A DNA stretch of 32,000 nucleotides from Candidatus Nitrospira inopinata (GTDB lineage: Bacteria; Nitrospirota; Nitrospiria; Nitrospirales; Nitrospiraceae), in contig NZ_LN885086.1 of the NCBI RefSeq assembly GCF_001458695.1, positions 3,150,001 to 3,182,000 of the forward strand, given 5' to 3'. Positions 27,020 through 32,000 of the stretch are shown here, one piece after another (within the stretch, counting starts at the first letter, position 1; each line of letters begins with the position of its first letter). Both the position numbers and the translations under genes were made by a program. The notes under the pieces are model-generated. The model made no database searches. It saw only the letters and a program-made list of their open reading frames with translations, and was not told the origin of the DNA.

Positions 27020-27961
27020 CGCCGCCAACAACGCCTGCACATGAGCCTCGACGGACGCGGCCAACGCCCGGAGATTGTACCCACCCTCCAACGAAGAGAG
27101 AATTCGTCCCTGAGCGTGCCGCTTGGCGATGCCAACGACGATGTCCGTCAAATCCGCGTAGCCCGCTTCCGTCAATGCCATGCTCGCCAGTGGGTCATCG
27201 CGATGGGCGTCGAATCCGGCGGAGATGATCACAAACTCCGGCTTGAAATCGTCGGCTGCGGGCGTCAAGACCTTGCGAAAGACGGTACGGTACTCATCAT
27301 CGCCCTCGCCGGCCTCCATCGGCACATTGATCGTGAATCCTTCCCCCGCTCCCTTGCCCCTCTCGGTCTCCCAACCGGTGCCGGGATAATGGGGATACTG
27401 ATGAGTGCTGAAAAATAGCACTGACGGATCGTCCTCGAAACTATGTTGGGTTCCGTTCCCGTGGTGCACGTCCCAGTCAACGATCAGCACCCGCGTGAGG
27501 CCGTATCGCCGCTGAATATATCGTGTCGCAATGGCCACGTTATTGAACAGGCAGAATCCCATCGCTCGGCCCGCCTCGGCATGGTGGCCGGGCGGCCGCA
27601 CGGCGCAAAACGTGTGGTCGACTTGCTTGGCCATGATGGCATCAGCGGCGGCCAATGCGCCGCCGGCGGCCCAATAGGCGGCGGTCAAGGAGCCCGGCGA
27701 CATCGAAGTGTCGGGATCAAGCGAAACGCGGCCGCTCGTAGGGGCATGCCGGTTCAGCGACGCCACGTAACCGGGCGTGTGCACCTGCGTGATCCATTCG
27801 TCTTCGGCTCGACGCGGTTCGATCTTGGTCAATCGCGTCAGGGTGCCGCTTCGTTCCAACTGCTGCACGATCGCGCGCAGCCGGTTTGGAGACTCCGGAT
27901 GCCCGGGCCCCATGTCATGGTCAAGATACGCCGGATGATAGACGAAACCGGTTTTTCCCAT
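27017..27961 (-). CDS. Histone deacetylase-family amidohydrolase (AcuC/acetylpolyamine deacetylase-like)
   Basis: 314 aa: YHPAYLDHDMGPGHPESPNRL, RPPGHHA, DWDVHHGNGTQ, SAGFDAH, EGGY. Confidence 0.92.
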   Translation of the reverse strand: MGKTGFVYHPAYLDHDMGPGHPESPNRLRAIVQQLERSGTLTRLTKIEPRRAEDEWITQVHTPGYVASLNRHAPTSGRVSLDPDTSMSPGSLTAAYWAAGGALAAADAIMAKQVDHTFCAVRPPGHHAEAGRAMGFCLFNNVAIATRYIQRRYGLTRVLIVDWDVHHGNGTQHSFEDDPSVLFFSTHQYPHYPGTGWETERGKGAGEGFTINVPMEAGEGDDEYRTVFRKVLTPAADDFKPEFVIISAGFDAHRDDPLASMALTEAGYADLTDIVVGIAKRHAQGRILSSLEGGYNLRALAASVEAHVQALLAA

Positions 27962-28016
27962 CGCGCACCCCGGTGATCAGCGCAAGCCCGGCGACAATTT
28001 CCGTTCCTTTGCACAT

Positions 28017-28072
28017 CCGCTCGTTACGCCTCGTCAGATTAGCACGCAGGCCAGAGCGTAGACAACGAGCGG
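28017..28072. repeat. Long imperfect inverted repeat in the divergent HDAC/TPR intergenic region
   Basis: CCGCTCGTT (28017-28025) pairs with AACGAGCGG (28064-28072). The stem can extend inward via ACG/CGT and CTC/GAG with bulges. It ends about 23 nt before the SD of the TPR gene. Confidence 0.6.
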
Positions 28073-28108
28073 AGACCGCTGCTATTGTCCGATCAAAGGA
28101 GGAACACT

Positions 28109-28426
28109 ATGCCGAATCCGAGAATAGAGCCGCTCAAGAAAGTCCTCGCCATCGATCCTCATGACGAGGTGGCGTGGTTCGGATTGGGAAAGGCCCATAT
28201 GGACGACGGGAATTTTGAGGAGGCCGCCGCGGCCCTGCGGCAATGTGTGACGGTGAAACCAACTTACTCGGCCGCCTACTTTGCGCTGGCCCAATCGCTC
28301 CACGCTTTGAACCGACTCGATGAATGCCGAACCGTCATCGCGACCGGCATTGAGGTCTCCTCCAAAAACGGCGACCTCATGGTCACCAGAAACCTGGAAG
28401 CCTTGAAGGGCTCCCTGCCGTCGTGA
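28109..28426 (+). CDS. Small TPR-repeat protein
   Basis: ATG at 28109 has AAAGGAGG 6 nt upstream. 105 aa with TPR-like helices (AWFGLGKAHMDDGNFEEAAAALRQCVTVKP, AAYFALAQSLHALNRLDEC). Confidence 0.8.
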   Translation: MPNPRIEPLKKVLAIDPHDEVAWFGLGKAHMDDGNFEEAAAALRQCVTVKPTYSAAYFALAQSLHALNRLDECRTVIATGIEVSSKNGDLMVTRNLEALKGSLPS

Positions 28427-29016
28427 TGCACCGTCGTTTCCCTCCTCCTCCCTTCCGACTGCCTCGGTGGGCCACCCACGTGACACAACGGATGGACCGC
28501 CCCCTCCGTTCGGATGACGACCGCATGCGATTTGTGATCGAATTGGCCTCGATAAACGTGACGACCGGAACGGGCGGTCCATTCGCCGCGGCCGTCTTTG
28601 AAACACGGACAGGGCGGCTGGTCTCGATCGGCGTGAATCTCGTCGTCTTGACTTCCTGCTCGCTGGCTCACGCGGAACTGGTGGCCCTTGCCAACGCGCA
28701 ACGGGCGGTCGGTTATTTCGACCTCGGCGCTCCCGGCATGCCGGACCATGAACTGGTCACCAGCAGCGAGCCCTGCGCCATGTGTTTCGGAGCCATTCCC
28801 TGGTCCGGCGTCCGTCGCGTGTTGTGCGGCGCCAGGGCCGGCGACGCGGAAGCGATCGGATTTGACGAAGGCCCCAAACCAAAACGATGGATCGCGGCGC
28901 TCGAGCAACGGGGCATCACGGTCGTGCGGGATCTCTGCCGAAGGGAAGCCGTCGCAGTGCTTCGGCAGTACAAGCAGCGCGGTGGGATGATCTATAACAC
29001 CCACCGAGAATCCTGA
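28426..29016 (+). CDS. CDA-fold nucleoside/nucleobase deaminase (guanine deaminase-like)
   Basis: Zinc motifs AHAELVALANA and SEPCAMCFGAIPWSG; GGPFAAAVF near the N-terminus. Start ambiguous: GTG 28423 or ATG 28426 overlaps the TPR stop (GTGATG), while ATG 28492 (MDRPLRSDDDRMRFVIELA) gives a more family-typical N-terminus. Confidence 0.85.
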   Translation: MHRRFPPPPFRLPRWATHVTQRMDRPLRSDDDRMRFVIELASINVTTGTGGPFAAAVFETRTGRLVSIGVNLVVLTSCSLAHAELVALANAQRAVGYFDLGAPGMPDHELVTSSEPCAMCFGAIPWSGVRRVLCGARAGDAEAIGFDEGPKPKRWIAALEQRGITVVRDLCRREAVAVLRQYKQRGGMIYNTHRES

Positions 29017-29070
29017 CGCATCGCTCGATCCCCGACGGCCACGTTCCATCGCTTCTCACATCGAGAGATG

Positions 29071-30888
29071 TCATCGTTTCAGCTTGTTGCGGATCGCCAG
29101 GGCAAACATTGCGAACAGCGCGGGTCCGGCAAGAGTCTGAAACCAGATCATGAGCCATGTCCAATTCCCTCTTCCTTCCGCCGCTGTCTTCAGTACCAGG
29201 AAATCCGGCTTCAAAAACGCCAGGGTCCCCAAACTGAAACCCGCCGCCTCCAACAACCCGATGGGAGCGATTTCCGGACTCGGGCCCGATGCAACATCAG
29301 GCATCGTCACAGCCGCATGAGGCTCCGACACCGCAAACGCGGCAGATGGCCGACGGCCCAGATCCCCATTCCACCAATAGACAAATGTACCGATCACAAA
29401 AACGAGCAAGAACCATCCTACCGGTCTCAGAGCGCGTTCCCCATACCCATTGATCATCCAGAACAGATTCAGTTGGAACTTCGTTGGCCAGGGTACGGTG
29501 GGATTGATCCGCCGCAGTTCCTTTTCGCCGTAATGGAAGTCACTTGCGTAGATATAGTCTCGATCCTGCTCATAGGCCACCTTGAGGTCCCGATAGGCTT
29601 TTGAGAGTTGAGCCAATTCTTCCGCTTTCTCCTCATACGGCCATGGGGTGGAATTATTCCTGCCATCAGAATCCGATTGACTTTCCATTTCTTTAACGAG
29701 ACAAGCATGATCGTATATGCCGTACATCTGCCGGTGCCGGATCTCGCGTTGTCTTTCTTCCTCGTTCCTACTCCCTGCCCCGAGCGGCAAGCTCCAGACC
29801 AACCACCTGAGAAGCCATGCAAGTCCGCTCCACGGTTTTGTTATTTTATAGATCACTCCCGCCCATATCCCGCTTCCGCGTAGCGCAGAAGCGGGCACAT
29901 GAGCCCGCACCCGCGGCCATCGGACATTGTTGAAGTAGCAAAGATCGAGGTTGGTGCCGGCCAGCTTGCATTTCTCCAAATTGACCGAGTGAAACCGTAA
30001 GCCGTACTTTGAGTGAACAGAGACGTATGTGAAGTCTAGCTCCAGAGGCTCTTCCCTGGATTGCCCCCACTGGTCGTTACGTCTTTCCTCGAACAATCTC
30101 ACGAAAGTCTCACGGCCCAGCAACCGTTCGCAAGAACGGGCTTGGGACCTGTGGAAGCCTGATCCCTTTGAGATGGCATTTTCCGTTTTTAGGTCATTCC
30201 CCGATTCCAGAAATCCGACCGACCCAAAAACCTGAACAGCAGTGAAGCTGAAAACCGGCGAAAACCGCGCCAAGGATTGAGATGATGACCCAACGTTCAC
30301 ATGACTACGAAATCGGATGTCTGTGAAGGTCGTCGCCTCATAAAATCTCGCTTTTTTGAAGGTAGCAGAGCCAAAGAAGACGGCTCCATCAAAATCAGCG
30401 CCCTTTTGAAATGTCACTTCGGAGAAATCTGTATCAATCATGTTCCCATTTGCACTGTTTCGTCCGGCGAAACACGTGCCCTGGAAATACACGGTCTCGT
30501 CGAATGCGCAATCATGAAAGCTCACTCCCGAAAAATGCGACCGGGCACAATCGACGTATTGCTCAAACCGACATCCCTCGAACTCAACATGTTGCTGAAA
30601 ATGAAGGTCATGCAAGAGAAGCCGCTTCCTAAAGACACACTTCTTGAAGATCATCAGAGGAACAATCGCCTCATGACGTGGGCTACTACTGGACGACCCT
30701 GATCGCCTTCGATCAATCACTTCGACACTATCGAACACACAGTCGGTGACATTCACGACCTTGACCGACCGCGCGCCGCCGGCAACGGCGTCGTGCAAGT
30801 TCAGGTCTCCGACCACCCGCACACACTCCATGCGACCATTATGGATCTTCAAATCCTGCAAAAATAACCGAGCGGGAATTCCTTTCAT
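29071..30888 (-). CDS. Pentapeptide-repeat protein with C-terminal two-helix, pore-loop-like membrane module
   Basis: ATG at 30888 (the track uses TTG at 30900). Five-residue periodicity: GADFDGAVFFGSATFKKARFYEATTFTDIRF and SVNLEKCKLAGTNLDLCYFNNV. Then KAYRDLKVAYEQDRDYIYASDFHYGEKELRR, TM helix WFLLVFVIGTFVYWW, loop PIGLLEAAGFSLGTLAFL, TM helix WLMIWFQTLAGPALFAMFALAI. Markedly lower GC than its neighbours. Confidence 0.85.
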   Translation of the reverse strand: MKGIPARLFLQDLKIHNGRMECVRVVGDLNLHDAVAGGARSVKVVNVTDCVFDSVEVIDRRRSGSSSSSPRHEAIVPLMIFKKCVFRKRLLLHDLHFQQHVEFEGCRFEQYVDCARSHFSGVSFHDCAFDETVYFQGTCFAGRNSANGNMIDTDFSEVTFQKGADFDGAVFFGSATFKKARFYEATTFTDIRFRSHVNVGSSSQSLARFSPVFSFTAVQVFGSVGFLESGNDLKTENAISKGSGFHRSQARSCERLLGRETFVRLFEERRNDQWGQSREEPLELDFTYVSVHSKYGLRFHSVNLEKCKLAGTNLDLCYFNNVRWPRVRAHVPASALRGSGIWAGVIYKITKPWSGLAWLLRWLVWSLPLGAGSRNEEERQREIRHRQMYGIYDHACLVKEMESQSDSDGRNNSTPWPYEEKAEELAQLSKAYRDLKVAYEQDRDYIYASDFHYGEKELRRINPTVPWPTKFQLNLFWMINGYGERALRPVGWFLLVFVIGTFVYWWNGDLGRRPSAAFAVSEPHAAVTMPDVASGPSPEIAPIGLLEAAGFSLGTLAFLKPDFLVLKTAAEGRGNWTWLMIWFQTLAGPALFAMFALAIRNKLKR

Positions 30889-30985
30889 CGCCCTCACCAA
30901 AAGACAAATGCGGGGTTACGATCACAGGACAGCTTCCGGATGTCTATCTTCATCGGCGGCTCGACGAAACCTGCTTTCTGCAGTA

Positions 30986-31831
30986 TTACAGAATCTCCCT
31001 CAACATCTCTACCTGTCGTTCGGTCAGCGGCGCGTCGGCGCGGGGATTCCGCACCAGCATCCGCACGCGGGGAACCGCTCGCTGATGTCTCGCCCGCTCG
31101 ACCACCTCGACGTTGGCCAACCTGGTGCCGGCCTTGGACGGCAGCGGCTCGACGTCCCACAACACGATCAACACGGCGCTGAGATGCGGCAGTTTCGTCA
31201 ATAACACCGTGACGGCGCCGGACAAGGCCTTGACGTCCAGCCACGTTTCTTCCCGTCGGCCGTCCAACCTCCCCGTCAAATCCGCATGAGGAATGGAAAT
31301 TTGCAAAACTACCGGATCGCAATAATCGGCAAGCTGCTTCGCCTTCTGTTGAACACGCGCGAGGATGCGGTGCGTCAGGATCGTTCCGCGACCTTCTTCC
31401 CTCTGTTCATCGGTCTCGGCCATCCCGCGCAATGGGATACGCCGCCGCACCCCCGAGCCCACCATAGCCGTCACCTCGACAAAGAACCGCTCGTGACCCA
31501 GATGACACTCCAAATCGGCAGTGCGCGCCCTTGATTCAGGGAGAAAACAGAGATGGACTCCCGCGCGAACCAGTTGGGTCGCCAGTTCCAATTCGGCCAA
31601 CGCCGACTCTTGCACCCCCGGATCATCTTGAGCCAGTCGGTGCAACAGTCGGCCAAGACGAAGGCCGCTCGGTTCGTCTGCGCAATGGCGACGAAGCGCG
31701 ACCCACCGATCCTCGATGGCCCGTGAAAGCCGTTCGCATCGGGCTTGTGCCCGCGGCATTTTCCGGAGACCATTGCCTTCCCATGAACGGGCGACGACTT
31801 TGACCGTTCCCCTCGACCGCCAACGCGCCAT
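30986..31831 (-). CDS. Hypothetical protein with a PD-(D/E)xK (YraN-like) nuclease-fold core
   Basis: 281 aa; ATG 31831 has GGAG 6 nt upstream and lies 11 nt after the upstream stop. ELELATQLVRAGVHLCFLPESRARTADLECHLGHERFFVEVTAM parallels the YraN core in this same window (ELMAEQFLRAKGYRILE...GELDLVAEDGGVLVFVEVKAR), but with Thr in place of the ExK lysine. Confidence 0.7.
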   Translation of the reverse strand: MARWRSRGTVKVVARSWEGNGLRKMPRAQARCERLSRAIEDRWVALRRHCADEPSGLRLGRLLHRLAQDDPGVQESALAELELATQLVRAGVHLCFLPESRARTADLECHLGHERFFVEVTAMVGSGVRRRIPLRGMAETDEQREEGRGTILTHRILARVQQKAKQLADYCDPVVLQISIPHADLTGRLDGRREETWLDVKALSGAVTVLLTKLPHLSAVLIVLWDVEPLPSKAGTRLANVEVVERARHQRAVPRVRMLVRNPRADAPLTERQVEMLREIL

Positions 31832-31842
31832 GGCAAACTCCG

Positions 31843-32000
31843 TCAGATTGATTCCGCCTCATTCTCGTCATCCAAAGATCGGGCCAGGAGGTCAGGACGC
31901 TGTCGAGCAATGTGATCATACAGGTCGTCCAACCATCGTCCGGCGCAACCCAGGACTTCCCTCACCAACGGCTCCGGCCGGCCGGTGCGTTTGATGGTCC
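31843..32000 (-). CDS. 3' end of an unidentified ORF entering from beyond the window
   Basis: Not in the ORF track. Hand translation of the minus strand from 31998 gives TIKRTGRPEPLVREVLGCAGRWLDDLYDHIARQRPDLLARSLDDENEAESI, then TGA at 31845-31843. It is codirectional with, and 11 nt upstream of, the 281-aa gene. Confidence 0.5.
   Translation of the reverse strand, partial: TIKRTGRPEPLVREVLGCAGRWLDDLYDHIARQRPDLLARSLDDENEAESI

Noticed and set aside
28426-29016. Deaminase as a polymorphic-toxin or DNA-editing effector
   Set aside because: It is a small stand-alone protein with the GGPF...HAE...PCAMC...GAI.WSG pattern typical of housekeeping guanine/nucleoside deaminases. It has no secretion or toxin-delivery domain, so I kept only a low-interest note on its TPR coupling.
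29071-29430. Calling the C-terminus of the pentapeptide protein a potassium channel
   Set aside because: The TM-loop-TM layout is present, but the loop (PIGLLEAAGFSLGTLAF) lacks a T-x-G-Y/F-G selectivity signature. Only a generic pore-like membrane module can be claimed.
29017-30985. Target-site duplications or terminal inverted repeats flanking the low-GC pentapeptide gene
   Set aside because: I compared 29017-29070 with 30889-30985 by eye and found no shared direct or inverted repeat longer than about 4 nt. There is no evidence for a discrete mobile element.
30986-31831. Compositional anomaly of the 281-aa gene
   Set aside because: Hand counts (36-46 G+C per 60 nt) fall within the range seen in core genes such as uvrA and ffh. 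Only the adjacent pentapeptide gene is clearly deviant.
1-32000. Search for tRNA, rRNA, CRISPR arrays, integrases, transposases or prophage genes
   Set aside because: I found no T-loop-like GGTTCGAATCC-type sequence in the intergenic regions, no regularly spaced 25-40-nt repeats, and no recombinase-like ORF. This was visual scanning only, so short or degenerate elements could have been missed.

Overview
GC-rich bacterial chromosomal window, almost entirely coding. I saw no rRNA, tRNA, CRISPR array, integrase or transposase. Many ORF-track entries are antisense shadows of real genes, and several real genes are over-extended at the 5' end; I re-called those starts from Shine-Dalgarno context and family N-termini. 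From 1 to 11.6 kb the minus strand carries a standard core block: S41 protease (partial, missing from the ORF track), EnvC-like M23 activator, ftsX and ftsE, then yraN-rnhB, rplS-trmD-rimM-rpsP, ffh, a small DUF4321 membrane gene (+), uvrB and an RRM RNA-binding protein. From 11.8 to 18.3 kb lie looser envelope and secreted genes: a ConA-like secreted protein, an 84-aa orphan, an M28 aminopeptidase, a Gly/Gln-rich secreted orphan, a stand-alone TolC-like protein, an RNase Z-like MBL hydrolase and a DUF3147-like protein. Next come uvrA, a DUF3422 protein paired with a three-domain lipoprotein, algH, a C-N hydrolase, a SmbP-like His-rich periplasmic protein, a rhodanese, an HDAC-family deacetylase and a TPR-deaminase pair. 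The only region that looks accessory is the right edge (29.07-32.0 kb). It holds a compositionally foreign pentapeptide-repeat protein with a pore-like membrane C-terminus, downstream of a 281-aa orphan whose core mimics the YraN PD-(D/E)xK motif, and a truncated upstream ORF. This is my best candidate for an undescribed, possibly defence-like module, but the evidence is motif-level only and the cluster is cut by the window. Secondary leads are the lipoprotein-DUF3422 pair, the Cys-containing SmbP-like protein and several short intergenic repeats.
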